NCBI GenBank assembly: GCA_964187785.1
Contig: OZ076409.1
Span: 17,362,001 to 17,426,000, forward strand
Direction: 5' to 3'
Length of the DNA: 64,000 nucleotides
Source of the DNA: Amphiscolops sp. MND2022
Lineage: Eukaryota
In this document: one piece after another, positions 25,471 through 38,381 of the stretch
How positions within the stretch are numbered: the stretch's first letter is position 1
How the letters are laid out: each line of letters begins with the position of its first letter
Notes under the pieces: generated by a model
The model's database searches: none
Told to the model about the DNA's origin: nothing
Seen by the model: the letters and a program-made list of their open reading frames with translations, nothing else
Position numbers and translations under genes: made by a program

Positions 25471-25994
25471 AAATCAAGCCGGGAACGGCCCAAGTCGGCG
25501 CCATATCTAAGGCTCAAAAATAGCAAAAGGACTTCAAAGTGTCAAGTATTCTCTTCTACAGTACCCGTTTGAGGAAAAAATTGAAAAAAAAACCGATTTT
25601 TTTTGAAATATTTTAATTTTTTTTGGTCTCCCGTAAGTCGCATAGTGCCGAAAAATGTAAAAGGGGGCCCTTTGGGAGTTTTTGAACATCTATTCTTTTG
25701 CAAAATAGAAAAAAATGAAGGAGGGACTCTTCGGAGATATTTAAAAAATTTGCGAAAAAAATGTCTCACAAAGCCGAAAAACCTCCACAAAAAAATTTTG
25801 TCATGGGCGGGATTCGAACCCACGTCCTTCTGCTTGGCAGACCTCAGAAAATCCTAATTAACCTCTATGCCAAGTGCCAGTAGAAGTTACGAGTTTAGTG
25901 TGGCAGTTAGTGGAAGCGCATAAAGCTTATAGAAAAAAAGAAAAGTCACTTGGTCTATACTCTGCGTTTTTCTACAAAAAGCGCCGACTAAAAA
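25471..25994 (-). mobile_element. HINE-like family A, complete copy with tRNA-like segment
   Basis: Both termini present. Minus strand has TGGCATAGAGG..GGGTTCGAATCCC at ~25805-25873. Confidence 0.8.
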
Positions 25995-26659
25995 TCCGAA
26001 TGGAAAAGAAATAAAGCATCATTTGTTGACACAGAAGGCGATCACAGACTGTGTTACTGGTTATCCATACTTGTTGGTGCTGAGAAAGTAGTGAATGAGT
26101 GGTTCTTAATGCATTTAAGAGCATAGACAATGGATGCAACGCAGCTATCTGTCACATTTTTTAATGCGTTTAACAGATCGTGAAGTGGTTTTTCGGTAAA
26201 AAATCCACTCATGTCCAAATTAAAATTTTTGAATCATTTTTGATGTTTCTATTTTTATACCTTTCAATTGATACTTTTTCCTAGATTGATAGTTTTTTGA
26301 TGACTAATAATTATTTCTCGACTGAACTGTATGTAGAAAAATCAATGTCGTTTTTGGTCTGCGCTTCTATTCGGGCTAGGTTCATGACAGATACACTAGG
26401 TATTTTTCTGGAACTCGCCATTTGGGCTCGCAAGCTCTGGTATATAATTACAGTACTATAGTGTAAAATGCTGCACCCAAACCGTTTTCTGACTGCTTCG
26501 GGATAAACGAGACCATTGGCATCTAAGACTCTCGGAAATCTCAGAAAATAATTCGAAATCTACCTAAAAGGTAAACTTGACTTTTCTAATTGATTTCCGT
26601 TAATTAGGCCTTAAAAGGCTGTTTTACACTGGTAAGATTTTTGAAAAGAAGTCTGAGTA

Positions 26660-26824
26660 CAGTTAACTCCGGTTATATCGTCTCCCGATTATTCGGCTCT
26701 TCGTTTAATTCGTATGTATCTGAGAGGCCCTGTTTCGCGACGACCCCTGTCATAAGATCCGTATTCTCATTATTCGTACTATTTTATTCGGTCCCTAGCG
26801 ATACGGATTAGGCGGATTCAACGG
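26660..26824. mobile_element. pogo/Tigger-type MITE (diverged)
   Basis: TA|CAGTTAACTCCGGTTATATC ... GATTAGGCGGATTCAACGG|TA. Confidence 0.55.
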
Positions 26825-27390
26825 TACTAGCCTCTCCAAAGCCATTGTTTCCAAGTATTTGATGTTTGAGGTTGAAAATGATTTTTTCTGCCAAAATTGA
26901 ATGAAGCCGAGACCTTGTCAGCAAGTTTTTCTACCTGCAAGCGGTTTCTCAAAGCCCTCAGGCTGAAAATCAATATCGTAAGTACAATAGGTTTTGCGCT
27001 CAAGATAAAAAGAAGGAAAATAAATGTTTTTAGTGACGAGAATCTCGGTGCCGTCTCAAAAATCCTCCCTCCATTACCGTCCCTAATCAACATCCTCTTT
27101 ATCGTTTGTTCACATTCTTTTTAAATGAAACAAGGACCGTGCGCAACGAATGTAGTTTGTTAGCTCATTTTTCAATTTTCAATGAGGGGGCAAGCCTAAA
27201 ATGAAGGTTGAGGTGGTGTCGTTCCGGCGCAAGCCTCCTTGCAGTGTCATTAACAGTCCCATGAAAAAAAAACACGAAAGTTTCAGCAAGTTGATGACTA
27301 ATATATAAATTAAAACACTAAAATGCGTGTCAAGATAAGTGCATCAACATCTCTCGGTTTTTGTCTGTAATCAAGGTAGTGTTGTTTCAG

Positions 27391-27624
27391 TGAAACGTTC
27401 GCTCACTCCGGAAGCAGCTCTGTGTTTTTCTGTGTTCTCTGGGGCCCTTGGTTGTTCGACGCTGTTGCGGGGTTGCAATGCCCTGACGGCTGGCATCGGA
27501 CTGGCCAACATTGTGCTGTACACTTCGGTGTACACTCCCCTCAAGAGAGTCAGTATCGTCAACACGTGGATTGGTTCTCTCGTGGGGGCCCTACCGCCTC
27601 TGATGGGATGGACAGCTGCTACTG
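27391..27624 (+). CDS. COX10: COX10 exon 3
   Basis: Acceptor TTTCAG|. Encodes NIVLYTSVYTPLKRVSIVNTWIGSLVGALPPLMGWTAATG. Donor G|GTACGT, phases 1-1. Confidence 0.97.
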
Positions 27625-28048
27625 GTACGTGCTAGTCTTTCATGGCGCAGGGAATACATTTAATAGTATCACTTATTTTATCCGAAAGAGTATGTGAAAA
27701 TAGAAATGGGGAGACCGTTCTGACTAATTTGCCAATTTGTAGAATTTTGAATTTTGGTATTGGGCATGAAATTGGTCACTTCGACCGGATTGAAAAAACA
27801 ACACGACGGCAAGTCACTAGAATAGTCGCATTTTATTTCATGAAGCGTCGACTAAAAAGTAGAAATATTATAAAAGAAGTAGACATCGAAGTTTAACATA
27901 ACATTTGATCAAAAATTGTATCAATAAAAATTAGCTGGTAGCTACGTTTAAAATGAAAAATATTCAGTCACATGAGCAAAATTACTCAATTCCAGATTAC
28001 GAACGAAAGGTTTTATGATTTACAGGCCAATAAAGGTGTTTTTTCTAG

Positions 28049-28373
28049 GTTCCTTGTGCCCAACTGCCTTCATCATGCCGTTAGTTCTGTACTCTTGGCA
28101 ATTTCCTCACTTCAACGCTCTGAGCTGGAATCTGCGCAGCGACTACTCACGGGCTGGCTACCAAATGATGTCAGTAACAGACCCTGCTCTGAGTAAGCGT
28201 GTCGCTTTCAGACACACTTTGTTGCTCTTCCCGATTTGTCTCGCTGCGCCCCTCTCCGGGTTGACCATGTGGTTCTTTGCCCTGGATTCGACATTGCTGA
28301 ACATGTACTTCGCTTATCTAGGGTACCATTTTTACAGAGACGGGGACTCTAAGTCTGCACGTGCCTTATTCAG
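28049..28373 (+). CDS. COX10: COX10 exon 4
   Basis: Acceptor TTTTCTAG|. Encodes LYSWQFPHFNALSWNLRSDYSRAGYQMM..SARALF. Donor AG|GTTGCT, phase 2. Confidence 0.97.
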
Positions 28374-30234
28374 GTTGCTGGGCATTGTCAGCACTGTCAT
28401 TAATTGAAAAAAAATCTGCAATCTTAGGAAACGCAGACTTTATTGGTGGTTTTTTCTGAGACCAGCGAACTGACAGCTTTCTATTGATTCAATAACTTGT
28501 AACTTCTCCAGCCACTTGGCCTATTGGTTAGCGAAGGAGTGACAACGGCTGGGGAGCTGAAATTTGTGGGTACAATATATTAAAATGAGACCAAGGTGCC
28601 CGCTCTTCTGATTAAAGGTTACTGTTTAGAACGTTTTCGCTGTGGAAAAACGTTTCGCGGGCCTGAAAAGTCTCTTATTTGGTTTTTCGGCACTGTGACT
28701 TTTTAAAACAAGTCGGGACCGGCCCAAGTTTCAAAAAACCAAGTTCCTTGAAAATGCAAAAGACACTGTTTTCAAACTTTTATCAATTTCTCAGTGCCGA
28801 AAAATACCCCGAGGGATACACATAAGACTCACTCGGAAACCTTTTTTTCCCGACACCTGGAAACACCAAAAAATTCATATTTTGAAAATTATTTTTTCGA
28901 TTTTTTTTCGGAGAAGTCTCAGTGCCTAAAAAGAAGCTTTCGGCTGGCAAAAGTACTTTTTCTCAAGTTGAAATTAGCTGTTAAAGCAAAAAGGGTACCC
29001 TTTGACCAAATGAAAGTTTCAGAAAAAAGATGGAGAGCCGAAAAAGCTTATAAAAGGTATTTTCCACAATCATTAGGAAATTGTTTCTCTGCTCAAGTTT
29101 CTTGAATATGCAAAGGACACTGTTTTTGAACTTTTATCACTTTCCCAGTGCGGAAAAAAATACGCAAAAGGATGCGCATAAAACTCGGAAACCACATTTT
29201 CCCCAACTGGAAACAAAAAATCTTTTTTCCTCGAAAAAAATCGATTTTTTCGGAAAAGTCTCATAGTGCCGAAAAAAAGAACTTTCAGCTCGAACAACTA
29301 CCTTTTCTCAAGCTGAAATCAGCTATGCAAAGCGGGAGGGTAACCTTTGACCAAATGAAAGTTTTGGAAAAAAGGCACAGAGCCAAAAGAAGCTCTAACA
29401 AAGTGTGATAAAGTTTTGAGAATAAAACGGTTGAATTGAGAAAGAATACCGAAAAATTCAAAAGAGAGACCTTTTGGCTTTAAATGATTTTGCATTAACT
29501 CTGAATATCCTAAAAATCAAAAGGGGGACGCTTTTGTAACATTGAAAAATTCTCAAAAAATGTTATATCCGGAATTCGTTATGGATTCGGTGATATGTAT
29601 TGTGCTGTTGCTGGCGACAGTGGCTGGACAGCAGGAGAATACTGGGCTTGTCGAAAACTTTCAACATTTGCAATGCTAGTCTAAGTCAAAACCTAGACCT
29701 TTTTTGGCACTGCGCAACTTTTGCCCCAAGTTTTTATATTCACTCAAAAGTCCCGTCTTTGAATGTGCTGATGTTCTAGCAATGAAAAAGCGTTTCCGAA
29801 TTTCAAGGTTTCTGGCTTTCTGGCGCGTGAATCTTATTCCGAAAAAAATGGGTTTTTGATGTTTTCTGTTAGGGAAAAATGTTTTTCAAGCTTCAAGGAT
29901 GCCCCTTCGAGGACCATTTGGGCACTGTGAGGTTGTTGAGTTGTTAAAAAATTTTCCGTGATGCTATGCTCTTTTTGAGCCTGAAGTTGGGCTATGCTGA
30001 CTGTTGTTTCAAAACGCGACGACTACGATTGCTGATAACAGTAACTTACTGTTGAAAATCATGTTTAAAAGGTGACCCATGTGAAAACTTTCTTTTCTCG
30101 AAATTGACAGCCTAAGGTTGGCTGTCGCAATTAAGCACTCATAAGGTAGTCAGTCTTATACGTAGTAGAAAATGTGTTGATAATTGCAAAAGTTCCAGAA
30201 GTCGCTTGGACGTGTAAGCTGACAATGCCTGCAG

Positions 30235-30379
30235 GTTCTCTTTGGTCTACTTGCCCTTGGTGGTCGGTCTGATGTTGTGCTCAAAGTACTGGGACTGTTT
30301 CACCCTCTTCAAAGACGGCAGGGTGCTTGCTCTGAGACATCCAAAGACTTACCATTCTGCTGCAACAACTAATCCTTAG
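30235..30379 (+). CDS. COX10: COX10 exon 5 (terminal)
   Basis: CTGAC branch-like motif, then CCTGCAG|G. Encodes (R)FSLVYLPLVVGLMLCSK..NP*. Phase matches exon 4, giving a 1437-nt total CDS. Confidence 0.9.
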
Positions 30380-30915
30380 TTATCAATTGATAAAAATATA
30401 TTTTGTGATAGCGGAAATCTTATCCTCGGTAATTTTATCATCTTGTCTCTACGTCCTTGTTAGAGAAGCAGAATCTTAGGCTCAAGGATTGTTGAAAACT
30501 GAAATGATGATGGGAACGATCTGATGGTCTCAAAGCTTGACTCCAGTTGATTTTAATTTTCTTTCGCTTTTCCACTGTTCCACGTATTCTATAGCTTCAA
30601 GTACCCACATGAGAATAATTTGCCATTTGCATCCACGCTTTTACTGAATCTCAAAATAGTTTTCACATCTCGAAAAAAATTTTGTCTCACGGTACTAAAA
30701 TTTCTATCGCTTTATTGTTGCCGTGAAATACTGTACCATGATTGCGTTGTAGAGTGTTTTTAATGGATGCACCACAAAATGGCCGATTTTCAACATAACA
30801 AAATGCCGCTTTCTAAAGTGTAACAAAATGGCCAGTTTTGACAACGTAACAAAATGGCTGATTTTCAAATTTAGCAAATGTTATGCCTAAGAGTCAGCCA
30901 TTTTGTGCAGTCTCC

Positions 30916-31505
30916 TTTCTAGCCGGCGCTTTTGGATTTTTTCAATATATACCATTAAGTGGAACGCGACTATTATAGTGACTTTTTTCAATCCAAACGA
31001 ACTGACCAAAATAGTTCTTGAAAGTTCTACGAAATTTCATGGACCCAAATTGAATCATTTCGCCTAGCAAACTGAACCAAAAAAAGTTTTTCTTGTTTTT
31101 CCGCGTACCATACAATACCGAGAGAGACTAAAGGGTCCCCCTTTCAGTTTTTTTCGGCGTTGTGAGACTTTCTTTCGAAAAAAAATCCCCAAAAGGTCCC
31201 CCTTCAATTTTGTGATGTTTTGCGACTGAATGGATATTGAAAAATCCTAAAGGGTCCCCCTTTCAGTTTTTTGGCAGACATTTTTCGAAAAAAAACGTTT
31301 CACCAAAGGGTTCCCTCTTCAATTTTTTGATGTTTTGCAACAATGCATGTAAAAAATCTGAAAGGATCCCCTTTTTGGCGCGCCAATTTGATCCAACTTT
31401 TGGGCTTTTCCGGGTACTGTAAAAGAATACTTGACACTTTGAAGTCCTTTTGCTATTTTGGAGCCTTAGGTATGGCGCCGACTTATGCATGTCCCGACTT
31501 GTTTT
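30916..31505 (+). mobile_element. HINE-like family A copy (duplicated at ~39644-40234)
   Basis: TTTCTAGCCGGCGCTTTT ... GGCGCCGACTTATGCATGTCCCGACTTGTTTT. Confidence 0.7.
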
Positions 31506-33078
31506 CAACACTATCCGAAATTTTGACGTAATATAATAAAGCGCTAGTTTCTGACGTTATATGCGAACTTTATTGCGTTTTACTAAAGAGGAGGTGGAGG
31601 TCGAAAACAGGAGTTTTTCATGAAAACGTCCAACTCATATTTAACAAGCCGGGAACGGCGCAATATGATTTTAGCTTGTTTCAAACGTGAATTTCTGCTA
31701 TTTTGGACAATAATATCAAAAAATTAGGCAGGTTGTCTAGAACCCAATTGTATTTTTTACCAGAAACAATTTAAAAGAAATAATAATTAGTTTTCCTTGC
31801 GAAAACCTAACTACCAATCCTGATGGTATAAAACGAAGGTTTTTAGACAACTTGAGCCTGATATTTCTGAAAACGGTAATGTATGGCTTCAGTAGATCTG
31901 GAAGAAATGATTAAGTAAAAAAACTTGGCGAAAAACCTTTAGGTAAATCGATCGAAAACAAGAACAAGCCGGGAACGGCATAAGTCGGCGCCATATCTAA
32001 GGCTCAAAAATAGCAAATGACTACAAAGTGTCAAGTATTCTTTTTTACAGTACCCGAAAAACACAAAAGTTGGGCTGAATTGGCGCGCCAGGGGGACGCT
32101 TTGAGATTTTCAATTTTTCTGTCGCAAAACATCAACAAAATTGAAGGGAGCCCTCTGAAGTCAATGAATATTTTCGAAAAGTCCCACAATGCCGAAAAAA
32201 ACGTTTTCCTAGGTCTAAAATTGGTGGGAAAAGTGTTTCTCAGTCACAGTACTGTATTATATGAATTATTTTATGCAATATTATTGAAGTCTTTCACTTT
32301 GATTAAAGACTAATTTGTCAACTTCTAAAAATACAGCAAAAGCTGGAAAAAGTGCTTAAAAACTTCAAAATGTTAGAACAGAACTGAAAATATTTCGAAC
32401 AAGACAGAGACATATTACCTCCATCAATGAGTGGCATGTGCGTATCGGAACCTACATATATGCAGTTTAAAAATATTTTAGGAACAGTTTGTTACAGAAA
32501 AGTCCTTACAAAACCGAAACTCTGTTTGTTAGAACTTGGATTGCAATCAAAACATGAAACAAACAAATGAGCTATTTTTCATTCGTGGATGAATTAAACA
32601 AAATATGGCATTTGTAGTGGAATGAAAATAGGTTATTTGTTTTCTTCGTTTGGTGAACATACTTGAAATATTTGCCTTGTTGTTTGCAGGAAAATGGGAT
32701 TCGTTGGTTTCGTCTCTTTACATTGAAAAAACTCGAGTCTGCGCGGAATTCGAACATATCTACCCCTAGTAGCTCAAATGGCGTAGCAACGACATGAAGA
32801 AAATTATAAAATATTTTCAAGATCCGTCAGTTCGAGTGCTCTTAGAAACAGTAACGACTAGAATCTTCGTTTTTAGTCGGCGTTTTCGAAGAAAAAGCAC
32901 GACTCTTACAGTGGCTAGATTTATTTCGTCAGTTCAACGTGATCGGTCCACGTTTTTGTTCAACTTCTTAACCGAGAGGTTAACCCGGATATTCAAAGTT
33001 TTGAGCCTTAGATATAGCGCCGACTTTTGACGTTACCGTCTTGTTGACTTTAGATATTATCCCCCCTCTAAGCTGTTT

Positions 33079-33128
33079 TAGTTACTTGACTATTTTAGTT
33101 ACTAGTAACTAAAATAGTCAAGTAACTA
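33079..33128. repeat. Perfect 50-bp palindrome (also at 41808-41857)
   Basis: TAGTTACTTGACTATTTTAGTTACT|AGTAACTAAAATAGTCAAGTAACTA. Confidence 0.95.
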
Positions 33129-34120
33129 TAGGTGAGGTCGAAGAAACTATGAGGAGATTTGGCAGAATTTGGAAAAAAAAACGGAACATAGAATATGATT
33201 TTCCTCCCCCATTATATGTGGGCGGAAAATAATAATTTGAATGTGGATACAATCGTGATCAGCTATGATCTGTACGTCCAAGCCTGTAAACACAGGAACG
33301 AAGCAGAGAAATGTGCCATTGCTGATCTAGAGGCTTGTTTCAGAAGCGGCCCAAAAAGGAAGGCCTAGTCATACAACATAGTTTCAAAACCTGTTTTTAC
33401 TTTGGACCGTAATTTCTTTTGAAGACCTTTTTTGAATTCCAATAAACAGTCTTGGGGCGTTATTTCCTTCTACCCTCTTACGATATATGGAGCGTGCATT
33501 CAGCGTCAATCATGATGGTAAGCATGCCGGGAACGACACAAGTCGGTGCCATATCCAAGGCTCAAAAATAGCAAAAGGACTTCAAAGTATCAAGTATTCT
33601 CTTCTAAAGTACCCGCATGAGGAAAAAATTGGAAAAAAATCGTTTCAAAGTTTTTTAGGTCCGGTAAGTCGCATAGCGCCGAAAAATGTAAAAGGGGACC
33701 TTAAAAAAGCCTAATTGCCCTCTATCTCAAGTGCCAGTAGAAGTAGTGTGACACTTAGTGTTAGTTTAAGTCAGCTCATAAAGCTTATAAAATCTGTCAC
33801 TTCGCTGGTCTTAAAAAAAGAAAAAGTCACTACTATAGTCTGCGTTTTCTACGAAAAGCGCCGACTAAAAACTGCGCTTTTTATGCCGTAGGTATAGCGC
33901 CGACTTTGGCCGTTCTCGGCTTGTTTAAATAATTGGATATATTAATAAATACTTGAAACGTGTACTGAAAATCATGTATCGTGTTTTTGCTATATTTTTC
34001 CCCTGAGGATCGGTATCGTGTGCAAAAAATTATCGCGCACAGTTCCATGTATCGACTCTGGAAATCAAATTCTTGAAAATTCTTCAAATTCATGTACAAA
34101 ACGCAATTTTAATCACTTAC

Positions 34121-37100
34121 TGTGGTATATATTCTGAATGAATGATTCATACATGATTGATTTTCACATAATTTTGATTTGTAATTGACTGAATAAGTAA
34201 CGAAGGTTTTCCCGCAGTCAAGAATATGAAATGGCGACAGAGATAAACTAAAACTAGTGAAACCAATGTCTGAAACTTTCAACCGACCTGCGCCCGAACC
34301 TTTTTTACCTGATCCCGGGAAACCAAGAGTTCCGTGGAAGGACTGGATTCGCCTCTTCAATAATTACATGACGGCTACAAACTACGCAGAGTTGGCTAGT
34401 AACAGAAAAAAAGCTATTTTGCTCCATTTAATTGGACTTGAAGGTCAGACCGTTTATTATTCTTTACGAGATGATACGCAAATAGCTAATAATACTTATG
34501 AACAAGTTTTACAATGCCTTGAAAATCATTTTGCTGATAAAGTCAACGTAGTTTCCGAGCGTTATTCATTTGGGTGTCGTATTCAAAAGTCAGGTGAAAG
34601 TATTGATGAAGTTGTTGTTGCTTTACGACGACTTGCTCAAAAATGCGATTTTGGTGCTTTTCTAAATACATCTCTGCGAGATCAGTTAATCAAAGGAGTT
34701 AGAGAAATTCGCGTAAGAGATCGCTTACTTCAAGATAACCCTTATCTGGAAGAATGTCTAAAAATTGCTAAACGAATCGAAGCGGGAATTGCTACATCTG
34801 TTTTTACTCAAAAATACAAATTACACTGACACTGCTCATAGTAATACTCACACTGTTCAGCGGTTCAATTCGAAATTCAGTCAACAAAAATCGAAATTTA
34901 CTGCTAAATTTATCCATTCTTGTTTTCGTTGTGGATCCAAATTACATTTCGCTAACAGTAAAGATTGTCCGGCTGCGGACAAGAAATGCAAAAACTGCAA
35001 CAAAACTGGTCATTTTGCAAAAGTGTGCCGTAGTGCGAGTTCAAATGTTGTTGTCACAAACACTCTGGGAGAAAATTCTTCTACACCCGTTACCCTTACT
35101 GTAAATAGTCCTTTCAATTCGATTTTTCCTGAATTCTTCAAATATTCCTTACAGTTGGACAACAAAAATGTTGTATTTGTCGTTGGCAGTGGTGCCAAGG
35201 CATCATTTATTTCTAAAGATACGTTCGACAAATTATTCCCAAACAAAAAGTGCATCAAAAACCATTCAAAAATTACTGGTTATGGTGGTTCTGCTATTGA
35301 TGCTCATGGAATTTCTAACTTCGAAACCATGAGTGGTTCTTTGTCATTCAGACAAGACTTTTATGTAGCTCATGGCATTTCTTTGATTGGCCTCGATATT
35401 CTAGATAAACTGCATTTTGCAATATCGATAAACGATACACAATTGAATCGTGTACATACTTGCATACCAGAAACAAGTCCAGGAAGTATCCTCAAGCAGA
35501 AATTTCAAAAATTGTTTGACTCCGACACTCTAGGTCATGCAAAGAACTTTGTTTTGTCTTCAGCAATCGATGCAACAAAAACTCCCGTCATTTCGAAAGC
35601 TCGTCCTTTTCCTTTTGCAATGAAAGACCATGTCGAGAAGGAAGATAAAAAACTTTGTTCACTGGGTGTTCTTGAACCCTGTAACAATGCCGATATCGAT
35701 TGGGCTAGTCCTCATGTTGTTTCATGGAGAAAAAATGGAAAAATTCGGCTTTGCTGTGACTTGCGAGAAGTAAACAAAGCGATAAAGAAAGATCCTTACC
35801 CCTTACCTAACATTGAGTCCACTATAAATTCGATAACTAATGCAAAAGTTTATTCAAAAATAGACTTATCTAACGCTTACCATCAACTTCCAGTCGATTC
35901 AAAAACTCAACGTATGCTTGGTTTTAATTTACCCTGTGGACTATACGAATTTCTGAGAGCTCCATTTGGGTTACGGGACGTTCCTCCGAAGTTTCAAAAA
36001 ATGATGGATATAATCCTAGCTGACTTAAAAGGTTGTTTCAGTTTTCTTGACGACATCATTGTTTATGGTTCTACAAAGGAAGAACATGATGAAAGATTAA
36101 ATGCTGTAATGAATAGATTGCAATCCAATGGATTGGTAGCTAACTTTGACAAATGTGAGTTTGAGAAGAAAACGAACATTGAATGGCTAGGCCTCAAACT
36201 GGGTCTGAACGAATTTGCTATTCTTGAGAACAATTTGACTTCAATCGCTGAAATGAAAGTTCCTTACGATAAACAATCCTTAGCTTCTGCTCTAGGTTTA
36301 TTCAGTCACTATCGAAAATTTTTACCGAGTGATTATTCTTCAAACGCTGCCGATTTCTATATACTACTTCATAAAAATGTTGCCTTCAAGTGGACAGAGG
36401 GTCTTACCGAACAGTTCAAATGCCTTCAAAAAATGTTACTTCGTGCTAAACCTTTGGCAATGTATAATCCTCTAGCAGAAACGATTGTTACATGTGATGC
36501 TTCCAAAATTGGAATCGGTGGTGAATTATCACAGTTGCAAGATAATGGTGAATACAAAACAGTTTCATTTTTCTCTCGTTCATTACAAGAATTTGGAAAA
36601 AAAATAGTGTTCCTGAATTGGAACTACTAGCTTGTATTTGTACTTGCGTGAGATTCGGAAGATTCCTGTGGGGTAAACACTTCACATTAAAGACTGACCA
36701 TAAATCCTTACTGCAACTTATAAATGGTGAAACTGGGGACTGGTCTGCCAGGTTACTACACTATGATTTTACTGTAGTACACAAACCTGGAAAAAGTAAT
36801 GCTGTGGCTGATGCGCTTTCACGATTACCAGTTGATTGTTCATTTACTGATGATGATTCGTATGTTCTAAATGCTCTTTTTGATAACTTGTCTGCTTTCA
36901 CTGTTGATGAAGTTGACAATGTTTCCAAACAGGATCAAGTTTTGATCAAAGTGCACGATTTCATTATTAATGGTTGGCCACTAGACGAAATGTTATGGAT
37001 GAAAAATTACTACCTTACTTTGCAGTTCGGAATGAACTTTATTGTTGGTCTAAATACAGTGTAGGTCGCGGTGCAGCCATTGTAATGCCTGAAAGTCTTT

Positions 37101-38381
37101 ATTCGAAAGCTCTCCAACTAGCTCATGAAGATCATTTTGGAATTGTCCGTTCGAAACATCAGTTGCGGAGTTTTGCTTGGTGGCCAAAGTGTTCAGCTAT
37201 GTTGGAACAGCTGGTTAAAAGTTGTTCAGCTTGTTGTGAGACCGATAAAGCATAAGTTGTTCGAGATGTTCCGCATGGGAAAATCATAACAGCAGATGAA
37301 AAGTTTACAACGATCAATATAGATTTTAGTGGTCCTTACAACGATGCGCCGAGTAACTTCAAGTATTTGCTTCTTGTTGTTGATGAATACTCGAGATGGC
37401 CTGAAGTTTATGCGCTTGATAACACGCACGCGAAACAAACAGTTATATCTTTAAAAGATTATTTTGCTCGTTTTGAGGTACCTGAGTTAATTCGCTGTGA
37501 TGAAGGTTCTTCGTTTACCAGTGCGGAGTTCAAAACTTTTATCATTCATTAAGGTGCTGCCCTGAAGTATAGCCCATTGTACTGCCCTCGCAGTAATGGT
37601 CTCGTTGAACGATTCAATCAAACCATACGAAATTTATTGCAAACCAATTTTGAAGATTCACGCAGCTGGTATGATACATTGAAATCTGTGTTACAAACTT
37701 ATCGAAGTACAATTCATCCTGCATTGGGAAAATCTCCTTATGAAATGGTTTTCGGGAACAAAGTGAGAACGAAGTGTACAGCGCTTTTGGCAAAACTTCC
37801 ATCCAAGAGTTTAAACAACACAAACGTCTTCCCTGGTCTATCGGCGCAGAAACAAAATCATTTTAAAAAATTCGAAGTCGGTGGTTGGGTTCGAGTTAAA
37901 GATCCAATTCGACAAAAAGGGAAATTGCATTACAAGTTCTTCAAGCCGCAGAAAATTCTTAAACGAACTAAAACTACTGTTACACTTGATGATGGGCGAA
38001 CCTGGAATTTATCCCAAGTTGCTCCTGCCTCAAATAAAAGAATAGAAGATCTCAACTATTTTGATGATCTGGAGTTGTCTTCTTCCGATAATACGCGATC
38101 GGAAAATCATTCCTCCGATGTTCCAATGAGACGGTATCCTATCAGGAATACAACAAAAACAAATAAATTTCAAGCGGGACAATGAATTATTAAAGTATAA
38201 CCTAATATATTCATGCGTTTCTCTGTTATTCCTTGAAATCCTCCTACGACTTGTATTCAAAGAGGAGGGGATGTGGTATATATTCTGAATGAATGATTCA
38301 TACATGATTGATTATCACATAATTTTCATTTGTAATTGACTGAATAAGTAACGAAGGTTTTCCCGCAGTCAAGTTATGAAA
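34121..38381 (+). mobile_element. Ty3/gypsy LTR retrotransposon, Mag-like, copy 1
   Basis: LTRs at 34121-34231 and 38272-38381, TSD CTTAC, PBS TGGCGACAGAG at 34232, PPT AAAGAGGAGGGGA, domain order gag-PR-RT-RH-IN. Confidence 0.95.
34266..38185 (+). pseudogene. Disrupted gag-pol polyprotein, copy 1
   Basis: Double Cys/His knuckle, protease VGSGA (catalytic Asp lost), RT FLDDII, RNase H TCDAS..TDHKSL..NAVADALSR, integrase HHCC and SNGLVERFN. Frameshifts plus stops at 37253 and 37550. Confidence 0.93.

Noticed and set aside
24203..25857. Many short K/F/G/P-rich ORFs
   Set aside because: Translations of family A repeat interiors with no recognisable protein motifs.
34765..34829. Programmed gag-pol frameshift in gypsy copy 1
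   Set aside because: Copy 2 reads through this point. The shift is a one-base homopolymer indel (mutation or sequencing error).
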